Source: an uncultured Dehalococcoidales bacterium
Lineage (GTDB): Bacteria; Chloroflexota; Dehalococcoidia; GIF9; UBA5629
NCBI GenBank assembly: GCA_964545945.1
Contig: CAZJID010000002.1
Coordinates: 1,515-65,514 of the forward strand
DNA length: 64,000 nt
Direction: 5' to 3'
Part shown: one piece after another, positions 7,546 through 16,491 of the stretch
Layout of the letters: the number at the start of each line of letters is the position of its first letter
Position numbering within the stretch: the stretch's first letter is position 1
Position numbers and translations under genes: made by a program
Notes under the pieces: model-generated
The model's database searches: none
Told to the model about the DNA's origin: nothing
The model's input: only the letters and a program-made list of their open reading frames with translations

Positions 7546-8610
7546 ATGAGTTCGATGCCTGAAATAGGTAAGATTTCGCCTGATGTTTTTGAGAAGTTGA
7601 TATTGCCCCGCCTGGGTGCTAGGAACGACAAAATACTGGTAGGCCCGCAGAATGGCGTGGATGTCGGAATTGTGGAAATAGGTGACAAAGCGGTTTCATT
7701 TACCTGCGACCCGGTATTTATTGTGCCCGAATATGGATGGGAGAGGGCAGCTTGGTTTGCCATTCACATCATCGCCTCGGACTCGGTGACTGGAGGGCTC
7801 AAACCCAGCTTCTTGGCTATCGATCTGAACCTGCCAATGGAGATGACCCGTGAGCAACTGGAAACAGTGTGGAAGATCATGCACAGTGAATGCGTTAAAC
7901 TCGATATTTCAGTTATCACCGGACATACGGGAAGGTACGAGAACTGCCATTATCCAATGGTCGGTGGCGCGACGATGGTCGGCATTGGCAGTAAGGATGA
8001 GTACGTCACTCCCAAACTGGCTCGAGCTGGCGATAAGATAATCATTACCAAGGGCCCCGCCATTGAAGCCACCGGCATTTTTGCCACCATGTTTCCCGCT
8101 CTAATCGAACGTGAATTCGGTAAAGATTTTAATAAAAAAGCTCAGCAAATTTTCTATAAGATGTCGGTTGTCGATGACGCCATGACCGCAGTTGGTATCG
8201 GGGTAAGAGACAACGGTGTCACTGCCATGCACGATGCCACCGAGTGCGGTATATGGGGCGGACTGTACGAGATCGCACAGGCGGCCAACCTGGGGGTTAC
8301 GGTGGAAATGGAGAAGATAGTGGTCGAGGATTGCGTAACTGAAATATGCAAGTATTTTGGTATCGACCCCTATTCGTCCATCAGCGAGGGCACGCTTATC
8401 ATATCCTGCCGCGAGCATAAATCTCAGGCTATATTGGATGCTTTGTACGTGAAAGGTATTAAGGCTTCGGTTGTTGGTGAGTTGACCGAGCCAGGTCGGG
8501 GGATGGTACTGGTAAGAAGCGGGCGGGAAGGTGAGCTTAAACATCCGATAGTCGACCCGTTCTGGAGGGCGTTCTATGATGCTCTCCAGAAATATAGCGG
8601 TAACTCTTAA
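7546..8610 (+). CDS. AIR synthase-related protein (PurM/HypE/SelD/ThiL superfamily ATPase), function unknown
   Basis: About 354 aa. N-terminal ...GVDVGIVEIGDKAVSFTCDP and later ...SVITGHTGRY...MVGGATMVG are typical of PurM-superfamily N and C domains. ATG 7546 has better RBS spacing than the track GTG at 7537, so the start is uncertain by 9 nt. Confidence 0.8.
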   Translation: MSSMPEIGKISPDVFEKLILPRLGARNDKILVGPQNGVDVGIVEIGDKAVSFTCDPVFIVPEYGWERAAWFAIHIIASDSVTGGLKPSFLAIDLNLPMEMTREQLETVWKIMHSECVKLDISVITGHTGRYENCHYPMVGGATMVGIGSKDEYVTPKLARAGDKIIITKGPAIEATGIFATMFPALIEREFGKDFNKKAQQIFYKMSVVDDAMTAVGIGVRDNGVTAMHDATECGIWGGLYEIAQAANLGVTVEMEKIVVEDCVTEICKYFGIDPYSSISEGTLIISCREHKSQAILDALYVKGIKASVVGELTEPGRGMVLVRSGREGELKHPIVDPFWRAFYDALQKYSGNS

Positions 8611-8762
8611 GTTTTTCGACCGTAATTGTAAAGAATACTATAATTAGGACAAAATAAAGTATTTCGTCAATTTATTTTATATGTAGGGAAGATAAGTTTG
8701 TTGGCCAGAGTTATTAAGGTGGACGTTTAAGCGTAGGAGATAGCAAAAAGGTAGTGTGAGTT

Positions 8763-9551
8763 TTGGCTGAGGTAGAGCGTGTTCCCATACTGCGTTTTTC
8801 CGAGGATAATAAAGGGCGCGCCGATGACGTCGTTGTTCGGGAATCTCCGCTGACCATTATCCTGAATAATCAAGAGCTGGTGACCCTGCTTTGCACTCCG
8901 ATTCATCTTGATTACTTGGCAGTCGGTTTCCTGTCTTCTGAAGGGCTGCTTAAGAGCAAGGATGAAATCAACAAAATTACGGTGGATGAAAAGCGAGGCG
9001 TTATCCGCGTTGAGACCAAAGAGGAGACTAAGCAGGCAGTCGAGCTGGTGTTCAAGCGTCTGATTACGTCGGGCTGCGGGAGAGGTGCTTCCTTTTACAG
9101 CGCCGCCGATGCTACGAGACAAACTAAAGTGGAATCCAAAACAAGCATCTCGGCAGCTCAAGTTTTCGATCTGGTAAATGAGTTCCAGCACCGGTCACAG
9201 ATTTTCAGGACGACGGGTGGAGTCCACAGCGCTGCCTTATGCGATACCAGGAAAATTCTGATTTTCAGCGAAGATATAGGCCGCCACAATGCCATCGATA
9301 AGGTGTTCGGAGAATGTGTTTTGCAAAAGGTACCGACTGATGGACGGGTTATTCTAACCAGCGGACGGGTTTCTTCGGAGATATTGTTTAAGACGGCCAG
9401 AAGAAATATTCCTCTGCTTATCTCCAGGTCGGCGCCCACCGACATGGGTGTCAAATTGGCCAATGAATTGGGTGTTACGCTGATAGGTTTTGTCAGGGGT
9501 AAAAGGATGAATGTTTACGCTAACGACTGGAGGATAGTCAGCCATGGATAG
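8763..9551 (+). CDS. fdhD: Formate dehydrogenase accessory sulfurtransferase FdhD
   Basis: 262 aa. Family motifs: GFLSSEGL, SGCG(R)G, TGGVHSAAL, GRHNAIDK, LSGRVSSE. TTG 8763 is the first start after an in-frame stop. Confidence 0.85.
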   Translation: MAEVERVPILRFSEDNKGRADDVVVRESPLTIILNNQELVTLLCTPIHLDYLAVGFLSSEGLLKSKDEINKITVDEKRGVIRVETKEETKQAVELVFKRLITSGCGRGASFYSAADATRQTKVESKTSISAAQVFDLVNEFQHRSQIFRTTGGVHSAALCDTRKILIFSEDIGRHNAIDKVFGECVLQKVPTDGRVILTSGRVSSEILFKTARRNIPLLISRSAPTDMGVKLANELGVTLIGFVRGKRMNVYANDWRIVSHG

Positions 9552-10464
9552 ACAGCCGGAGCTAACCGGAAAAATTATGAAGTTGAAGAAAGAGCGCAAT
9601 GCCGTCATACTTGCCCATAACTATCAACTGGGTGAGATTCAAGATATAGCTGATTTCGTGGGGGATTCGCTCGACCTCAGCCAGAAGGCCGCCAAGACCG
9701 ATGCCGCCGTTATAGTTTTTTGCGGTGTTCATTTCATGGCGGAGACAGCCTCTATTCTTTGCCCAGATAAGACAGTACTACTTCCTGATGAACATGCGGG
9801 CTGCCCCATGGCCAACATGATAACTGCGCCACAGCTGCGTGACCGAAAAAAGGAGTATCCTGGGGCGCCGGTAGTTTGCTATATCAATTCATCGGCTGCG
9901 GTCAAGGCCGAATCGGATATTTGTTGTACCTCAGCCAACGCACTGGGGGTTGTGGAAAGCATAAACGCAGGTGAAATAATTTTTGTCCCCGACCAGTACC
10001 TCGGCCATTACGTCTCCACAAAAACCAGTAAAAAGCTGATCCTGTGGCCGGGCTTCTGTCCCACACACGCCAGGATAATGCCTGAGAATATCATAAAGCT
10101 AAGACATCAGTTTCCCGAGGCCAAGGTCGTAGTTCATCCCGAATGCAGGCCGGATGTCATAGCCTTGGCTGATGAGGTACTGAGCACCAGCGGGATGATA
10201 AAGTTTGCCGGAAGAGAAGACGTTAACGAGGTGATCGTGGGCACCGAAATGGGCATAATTCACCGACTAAATAAGGAGAACCCGGGGAAGAAGTTCATAC
10301 CGGTTTCGGAGCAGGCGATCTGCCCTAACATGAAGCTGATAACATTGGAGAAGGTCCTGTGGTCTCTGGAAGAGATGAGCCCCAAGGTAAAGGTGGCCGA
10401 AAAGGTTCGCGTAAAAGCCAAAGCCGCCGTGGACAGAATGCTGGCAGTAGGCAGGAGCGCATGA
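9544..10464 (+). CDS. nadA: Quinolinate synthase NadA
   Basis: 306 aa. ILAHNYQ, GVHFMAET, the CPM and HPEC cysteines, and the PNMK motif. The start overlaps the fdhD stop by 8 nt. Confidence 0.9.
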   Translation: MDRQPELTGKIMKLKKERNAVILAHNYQLGEIQDIADFVGDSLDLSQKAAKTDAAVIVFCGVHFMAETASILCPDKTVLLPDEHAGCPMANMITAPQLRDRKKEYPGAPVVCYINSSAAVKAESDICCTSANALGVVESINAGEIIFVPDQYLGHYVSTKTSKKLILWPGFCPTHARIMPENIIKLRHQFPEAKVVVHPECRPDVIALADEVLSTSGMIKFAGREDVNEVIVGTEMGIIHRLNKENPGKKFIPVSEQAICPNMKLITLEKVLWSLEEMSPKVKVAEKVRVKAKAAVDRMLAVGRSA

Positions 10465-10790
10465 AAGATACCGGCAAGATCGTCATCTTCGTTACTGCAA
10501 GCTCTGATGCCGAAGCCCATAAAATAGCCGACCTGCTACTGTCGAAGAGAAGGGCTGCCTGTGTAAACATAGTGCCCGCTGTGGAATCATCTTTCTGGTG
10601 GCAGGGGAAGTTAGATTCCGCCACGGAAAGCCTTCTCATCATTAAGACCAAAGCTTCTCTGTTACCTGAAATCGTTAAGCTGGTCAAAGCTGCGCATGGC
10701 TACGAAGTGCCCGAGATAGTTGCCATACCCATCATCGGCGGCAATGAAGATTACCTCAAATGGATAGATGCCGAAGTGACGGGTAGCTAA
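10461..10790 (+). CDS. cutA: Divalent-cation tolerance protein CutA
   Basis: I moved the start to ATG 10461, giving an ATGA overlap with the nadA stop. The sequence ...VIFVTASSDAEAHKIADLLLSKRRAACVNIVPAVESSFWWQGK...YEVPEI is CutA1-like. The 34-aa N-terminal extension in the track is a read-through inside nadA. Confidence 0.85.
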   Translation: MKDTGKIVIFVTASSDAEAHKIADLLLSKRRAACVNIVPAVESSFWWQGKLDSATESLLIIKTKASLLPEIVKLVKAAHGYEVPEIVAIPIIGGNEDYLKWIDAEVTGS

Positions 10791-10817
10791 GGCCCCCGCT
10801 TTAGTTCGTAGTGGTGA

Positions 10818-11822
10818 TTACTGTTTCGGCTGCCTCAGGAGATTCTGGTACAGGCTCCAGCTGACTATATAGGGAATGATATCGTAGCAGACTCTGAAAA
10901 GTATGACTGACAGTATGGCGGTGGTCAGGGGAATGCCCATCAGAGCGTAAATACCGGCCATTGAAGCTTCCTGTACGCCGAAGCCGCCCGGTACCATGGA
11001 GAGGTTGCCTGCCGTGATGCCTATGGTGAAACCTGTAATAAGAATATCGGGTTTTATGGTCTGCCCGAAAGCATAGAAGCAGAGCCACATAACAACCAGC
11101 ATGAAACCCCAGTAACCGACGATCAGTCCTAAAATAGTAAGAATGGCCGAAGGTCTGTTTCGTATAGCCCTCCATCCGAACGACAGGCTGTTATTGAAGG
11201 TGCTAAGAGAGAACATTATATCTTTATGCGCGACGAATTTGGATATCCGATTCAATGCACCTAATATGGGTGACCTTATCTTTCTGACAAAAATACTGAT
11301 GCTGGCCAGGATAATGAAAAAGGCCATAATTCCGGCGGAAAAGAGAGCGCCGGTTGATGCGCCTCCGTGTACAGTGCCGCTGATTACGAGATAGAGAAGG
11401 CCGACTAGTAGCAGAACCAGTAATACCAGCGCATTGAAATACGACTGATATATGGAAGCGGCGATAATCCGGGAAGTTTTTACACCGTAAGGTCGCAATA
11501 AGACAATCCGGATGGAGAGTCCCGCGGCGCCCGATAGAGCCAGTATGTTGTCCAACGCTATAGAGATATATCCTACCTCGAACAATTTCCATCGGCTGAC
11601 ATTGATTTGAAAGAGCCTGTTCGTTGCCACATAGGCCGACCCAAACGAAAAGTACGATATTACGGTAAACATTAGAGCTACGATGACCAGAAACCAGTTT
11701 GCGGCACCCATCACTCGGCGGACCTCTTGCCAGTCAAATGCAATTACAGCTGCACCGATTAGAAAAACGACTACGATGATGATAATTGAAACTTTCCGGC
11801 GGGACTGCATGTCTACATTCAT
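10818..11822 (-). CDS. Integral membrane protein, flippase-like / lysylphosphatidylglycerol-synthase TM-region family (UPF0104-like)
   Basis: 334 aa with about 8 hydrophobic helices. Family assignment is by overall pattern only. That it is coding is clear; the function is not. Confidence 0.6.
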   Translation of the reverse strand: MNVDMQSRRKVSIIIIVVVFLIGAAVIAFDWQEVRRVMGAANWFLVIVALMFTVISYFSFGSAYVATNRLFQINVSRWKLFEVGYISIALDNILALSGAAGLSIRIVLLRPYGVKTSRIIAASIYQSYFNALVLLVLLLVGLLYLVISGTVHGGASTGALFSAGIMAFFIILASISIFVRKIRSPILGALNRISKFVAHKDIMFSLSTFNNSLSFGWRAIRNRPSAILTILGLIVGYWGFMLVVMWLCFYAFGQTIKPDILITGFTIGITAGNLSMVPGGFGVQEASMAGIYALMGIPLTTAILSVILFRVCYDIIPYIVSWSLYQNLLRQPKQ

Positions 11823-11954
11823 ACTATAGCGTAGGGTAATGACAGTTCAAGTAATTTAAGCGGTTAAATGAAGCCTGACCGGGCCTGTTAGCCTGCATTG
11901 ATTTCTAATTGTGGTAAAATAGACTAAAATTTTGTTAGTCTGGTTAATATACAC

Positions 11955-12911
11955 ATGTCGACACCGTTTGTAAATGAACAAAAGAAGTTGCAGTTTAATT
12001 CGATTTCCTGTGGCAAATTGACCTGGGTTTATATAGAGAAGCCAAACCCACAGGACGTGCAATATCTTGCTGAACATTTCAAATTCAATCCTCTGAATCT
12101 GGATGACGTTTTAAGCCGTGTACAACGCCCGAAGATCGACGTATATCCGGACCACCTTTTCATTGTGCTGCATTTTCCGGTTTACAACAAAGAGAACAGA
12201 GTAACGACGCCGAGCGAAGTAGATATATTTATAGGTGAAACCTACATAGTTACTATTCATAAATCCGGTGACCTGAAACCTTTAGTTAAATTTTTTAACG
12301 AGTGCGATGTTGATGAGCGGACGTGTAAAGCGAATATGAGCAGGAGTTCGGGATTTCTCTTATATCATATACTGGACAGGCTGGTTAATTATTGTTTCCC
12401 CATTCTGGACAAAGTCGTCGACAATACGGAGAAGGTGGAGGACCTCATTTTTGCCAGGGCGGTTCCGGAGACAGTACGTGAAATATCGTTGATTCGCCGG
12501 GACCTCATCTCTTTCCGCCGCGTCATTCATCCTCAAGTTGCTGTATTCGAAGCGCTCGAGCGAGTGCAATACCCCTTCTTGAAAGAGGACCAGGATGTTT
12601 ACTTTGGCGATATAGCCGATCATATACGTAAGATTTGGGATAGCCTGGAAGACTGTAAGGAGGTAGTAGATGGTCTGGCTGATACCAGCAACTGGCTGAC
12701 TTCTCACCGGATTCAGGAAATAATGCGTGTGCTTACTATCGTTTTGACGATTATGGCACCGGCGACTCTTCTGGCCAGTATCTATGGCATGAATGTCCAT
12801 TTACCCGGCGGAGGTACGAAGGACTTTGTACCACTGCTAATAATCGTTATCATCATGCTCATGATTACGGGGTTCATGCTCTGGTTCTTTCACCGCAGAC
12901 GTTGGATCTAG
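11955..12911 (+). CDS. corA: Magnesium/cobalt transporter CorA
   Basis: 318 aa. C-terminal YGMNV signature followed by the second TM and a basic tail. Confidence 0.9.
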   Translation: MSTPFVNEQKKLQFNSISCGKLTWVYIEKPNPQDVQYLAEHFKFNPLNLDDVLSRVQRPKIDVYPDHLFIVLHFPVYNKENRVTTPSEVDIFIGETYIVTIHKSGDLKPLVKFFNECDVDERTCKANMSRSSGFLLYHILDRLVNYCFPILDKVVDNTEKVEDLIFARAVPETVREISLIRRDLISFRRVIHPQVAVFEALERVQYPFLKEDQDVYFGDIADHIRKIWDSLEDCKEVVDGLADTSNWLTSHRIQEIMRVLTIVLTIMAPATLLASIYGMNVHLPGGGTKDFVPLLIIVIIMLMITGFMLWFFHRRRWI

Positions 12912-12938
12912 AACCAGCCCAAGGCCAAGGCTTTCAAA

Positions 12939-13607
12939 ATGACTGTCTCTAATCGCTTCGTTATAGTAACAGGTCTCTTCATCACCTGCCTTATTACTTC
13001 CAATATTATTATTGCCAAACAAATAAGCATCGGCGGCATCGTTTTGCCAGCAGCTATAGTAATTTTCCCTCTGAGCTATATCATCGGCGATGTTCTAACC
13101 GAAGTATATGGCTACCGTCAGGCAAGGCGTGTAATCTGGCTTGGCTTTATATGTAACTTAATTGCGGTACTGGCTATCTGGTTAGGTAAAATATTGCCTC
13201 CGGCTCCGGTTTTCGATGCTCAGAATGCTTATGAGCGTATTTTGGGCAGCACCCCGCGTTTCCTGTTAGCCTCGTTTGCCGCATATCTCGCCGGTGAATT
13301 TACAAATTCAGTCGTATTGTCCAAGATGAAGATAATGACTAAGGGCAGGTGGCTGTGGACAAGGACTATCGGCTCAACATTGCTGGGACAGGGTGTCGAT
13401 ACGGTGGTCGTACTGGCAATAGCCTTTGTCGGCGTGCTGCCATTGTCCGTACTGGGAGTGATGATGTTTTTCCACTGGCTGTTTAAATGTATCTACGAGA
13501 CTGTGGCCACACCATTGACTTATGTTGTAGTGGGCTATTTGAAGCGTAAAGAGGGCGTTGACGTCTATGATCATGGAGTGAACTTTAATCCCTTGAGGGT
13601 TAGCTGA
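12939..13607 (+). CDS. yhhQ: Queuosine-precursor transporter (YhhQ / VUT, DUF165 family)
   Basis: 222 aa polytopic membrane protein. Motif FPLSYIIGDVLTEVYGY is typical of the family. Confidence 0.8.
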   Translation: MTVSNRFVIVTGLFITCLITSNIIIAKQISIGGIVLPAAIVIFPLSYIIGDVLTEVYGYRQARRVIWLGFICNLIAVLAIWLGKILPPAPVFDAQNAYERILGSTPRFLLASFAAYLAGEFTNSVVLSKMKIMTKGRWLWTRTIGSTLLGQGVDTVVVLAIAFVGVLPLSVLGVMMFFHWLFKCIYETVATPLTYVVVGYLKRKEGVDVYDHGVNFNPLRVS

Positions 13608-13628
13608 TGGCTGCAACCTGGATAAGCC

Positions 13629-14105
13629 GTGGAAATTAAGTTCATCGTCGATAATAATGTCGGCAAGCTGGCTAAGTGGTTAAGGATAATGGGCTACGAT
13701 GCTTTGCTCTTTTCCGGAGATGATGATGGTAAAATGGTAAAAATGGCTCTGGCACAGAACAGGGTGATTTTGACCAAGGATAGCCAGATAATGAAACGGC
13801 GATTGGTAACCAGCGGCAGACTTAGGGCGGTTCTAATCAGGGATGACGACATTAAGGTACAGTTGCAGCAAGTTGTTGAAACTTTGAACCTGGACTATCA
13901 TTTCGCCCCATTTTCCATTTGCCTGGAATGTAATCAACGGCTGCAAGAGAAGAATAAGGACGAAGTGAGAGAGTTAGTCCCTCCTTATGTTTTTAAGACA
14001 CAGAGCCTGTATATGGAATGTCCGTCCTGTCATAGGTTATACTGGCGTGGAACGCACTGGCAGGCTATGACCCGCGAGCTAGAAAAAATGGCCAAGGCGA
14101 AATGA
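13629..14105 (+). CDS. Mut7-C RNase domain (DUF82) protein, PIN-like plus a C-terminal zinc ribbon
   Basis: 158 aa. N-terminal FIVDNNVGKLAKWLRIMGYD and C-terminal CLECN...CPSCHRLYWRGTHW. GTG start. Confidence 0.75.
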   Translation: MEIKFIVDNNVGKLAKWLRIMGYDALLFSGDDDGKMVKMALAQNRVILTKDSQIMKRRLVTSGRLRAVLIRDDDIKVQLQQVVETLNLDYHFAPFSICLECNQRLQEKNKDEVRELVPPYVFKTQSLYMECPSCHRLYWRGTHWQAMTRELEKMAKAK

Positions 14106-14130
14106 CTGTGATGAAAGGAAGATTGAAATC

Positions 14131-15699
14131 ATGAAGGTTGTTACGGCGGAGCAGATGCGGGATATCGACCGCCGGGCTGCCGATGCCGGTTTGACCACGG
14201 AAATATTGATGGAGAACGCCGGACGGGCTGTCGCCGAGGAAATCAGGAAGATTATCGGAGGCGCTGCTGAAAAACGCATTCTGGTAATTGTCGGCCCCGG
14301 AAATAACGGCGGTGACGGGCTGGTAGCTGGTCGCCATCTTGCAGATTCCGGCGCTGAGGTAAGTATTTACCTTTGCTCCACGCGTCCGGAGGGTGATAAA
14401 AATCTGGCACTGGCACAGCAACATAAAATAATTATCGCTCAGGCTGACCAGGATAGTGATTTCGCCGGATTTAACAGCCTTTTAGGTTCTTCTGATTTAG
14501 TAATAGACGCGATATTCGGAACCGGCAAAAGCCGGGCGCTCGAAGGTGTTTTTAAGGAAGTAATGACCCGGGTCATAGCAGCGAAAGACAAGACTCCCGA
14601 GCTCCTGATAGTAGCTGTGGATATACCTTCCGGACTTGATGCCGATACCGGTGCTGTCGACCCGATCTGTCCCTATGCTGATGTTACTATTACCCTGGGT
14701 TATCCCAAGCCGGGGCTATTCAACTTCCCCGGTGCTGAAAGAGCTGGCAGGGTCATCATCACAGATATAGGTTTGCCGCCAAGTATGGGTGAGAATATTT
14801 CGACGGAGCTTATAACCGAGGACTGGGTTAAGTCAGTATTGCCGGCGCGCCCGGCCAGTGCCAATAAGGGCACTTTCGGAAAAGTACTGGTAGTAGCCGG
14901 CTCAATAAATTATATCGGAGCTGCCTATCTGGCCTGTATGGGTGCTGCCAGGGTGGGCGCCGGCCTGGTAACGCTATCTACAGCTTCAAGCCTGCAGCCG
15001 ATTCTGGCTGCTAAAATGACCGAGGTGACGTACGCTCCTCTACCTGAAGCTGAAGCAGGCATAATCGCCTCCAAGGCGGCATCTACTGTAAAACAGTGGT
15101 TGCCCGAGTACCAAGTCTTACTCTTGGGATGTGGCCTGGGACAGAAAGCCGCTGTCTCTGAATTCGTTAAGTCTCTATTGTTAGACCCCGGTAAGGCTCA
15201 ATTTCCAACCCTGGTTCTCGACGCTGACGCTTTGAATATATTAGCCAGGCTGCCAGATTGGTGGCAGAAGCTAAATCAGGATGTTATACTTACTCCACAC
15301 CCTGGTGAAATGGCCAGGCTGGCTGGAGTTGAGGTAGACGAGGTACAGCGCCGGCGCCTGGACATGGCAAGAAAAATGGCCGTCGAGTGGCAAAAGGTGG
15401 TTGTATTAAAGGGGGCATACACTATTGTGGCTGCATCTGATGGTCGGACTCGAATCAGTCAGTCAGCAAATCCCGGCCTGGCTTCGGCAGGCACGGGTGA
15501 CGTTCTCAGCGGCGTAATTGCAGGACTGGCGGCTCAAGGGCTGTCTCCATTCGATGCTGCAGCCTGTGGTGTCTTTCTGCACGCTCAATCCGGAGAAATG
15601 GTAATGGGGGAAATGGGTGATGCGGGAATGTTGGCAAGTGACCTTCTACCGGCCTTACCGAAAGTGATAAAGGGGATTAAACGAGGGGAAATATCCTAG
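14131..15699 (+). CDS. nnr: Bifunctional NAD(P)H-hydrate repair enzyme Nnr (epimerase + ADP-dependent dehydratase)
   Basis: 522 aa. The N-terminal YjeF_N domain (GPGNNGGDG) is followed by the carbohydrate-kinase-like C domain (KGTFGKVLVVAGS...GTGDVLSG). Confidence 0.9.
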   Translation: MKVVTAEQMRDIDRRAADAGLTTEILMENAGRAVAEEIRKIIGGAAEKRILVIVGPGNNGGDGLVAGRHLADSGAEVSIYLCSTRPEGDKNLALAQQHKIIIAQADQDSDFAGFNSLLGSSDLVIDAIFGTGKSRALEGVFKEVMTRVIAAKDKTPELLIVAVDIPSGLDADTGAVDPICPYADVTITLGYPKPGLFNFPGAERAGRVIITDIGLPPSMGENISTELITEDWVKSVLPARPASANKGTFGKVLVVAGSINYIGAAYLACMGAARVGAGLVTLSTASSLQPILAAKMTEVTYAPLPEAEAGIIASKAASTVKQWLPEYQVLLLGCGLGQKAAVSEFVKSLLLDPGKAQFPTLVLDADALNILARLPDWWQKLNQDVILTPHPGEMARLAGVEVDEVQRRRLDMARKMAVEWQKVVVLKGAYTIVAASDGRTRISQSANPGLASAGTGDVLSGVIAGLAAQGLSPFDAAACGVFLHAQSGEMVMGEMGDAGMLASDLLPALPKVIKGIKRGEIS

Positions 15700-15714
15700 A
15701 GATCGGTGAATAAT

Positions 15715-16488
15715 ATGCTGCTAGCCGTTGATATCGGCAATACTAATATAAATATCGGCGTATTCAATCGCGATAAGTTAAAGGCTACCTGGAGAATTGC
15801 TACCGGCGTTCATCGCATGCCGGACGAATATGCCAGTCTACTATTGCACCTTTTCGAGCACGAAGGCATTTCTGCTACTCAGATAACGGATGCTATCCTG
15901 TGCAGCGTGGTTCCCCCTCTGGCAGGCGTTTTTGAGGAGATGTGCCGCCATTACTTAAAGGTTGTTCCATTGCTGGTAGAAGCCGGCGTAAAGACAGGCG
16001 TACAAATAGCCATGGATAATCCTAGGGAGGTTGGTGCCGACCGCGTAGTAAATGCCGTAGCAGCTCATCACCTATACGGAGGTCCTGTAATCGTTATCGA
16101 TTTGGGCACAGCCACTACTTTCGACGCTGTATCCAAGGAGGGCGACTATCTCGGCGGAGCCATTGCCCCGGGAATTGCTATTGCGACGGAGGCTTTGTTT
16201 GCCAGGACTGCGGTGCTACCGCGGGTGGAGCTAACACATCCCAAACGGGCTATCGGGCGAAATACAGTGGATGCTATGCAATCAGGTATAGTATTTGGTT
16301 ACGCCAGCCTCATCGAAGGCATAGTAATCCGGATTCAACAGGAATTAGCGGGTAAGGCCAAGGTAGTGGCTACGGGAGGCTATGCCGACCTTCTGGCACG
16401 GGAAACCCCGGTAATAGAAGAGATAAACAGCGATTTGACTCTTACCGGCTTGCGTTTAATTTACGAGATGAACAAAAAGAAGGACTAA
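15715..16488 (+). CDS. coaX: Type III pantothenate kinase CoaX
   Basis: MLLAVDIGNTN... start typical of CoaX, plus GADR and DLGTATTFD motifs. ATG 15715 is preferred over the track GTG 15706 because GGTGA lies 5 nt upstream. Confidence 0.9.
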   Translation: MLLAVDIGNTNINIGVFNRDKLKATWRIATGVHRMPDEYASLLLHLFEHEGISATQITDAILCSVVPPLAGVFEEMCRHYLKVVPLLVEAGVKTGVQIAMDNPREVGADRVVNAVAAHHLYGGPVIVIDLGTATTFDAVSKEGDYLGGAIAPGIAIATEALFARTAVLPRVELTHPKRAIGRNTVDAMQSGIVFGYASLIEGIVIRIQQELAGKAKVVATGGYADLLARETPVIEEINSDLTLTGLRLIYEMNKKKD

Positions 16489-16491
16489 TAA

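Noticed and set aside
11823-11954. Possible Mg2+ (M-box) riboswitch upstream of corA
   Set aside because: The 132-nt divergent intergenic region is too short for an M-box plus two promoters. I see only an 8-bp hairpin (TAGACTAA-aattttg-TTAGTCTG, 11920-11942) after an extended -10-like TGGTAAAAT.
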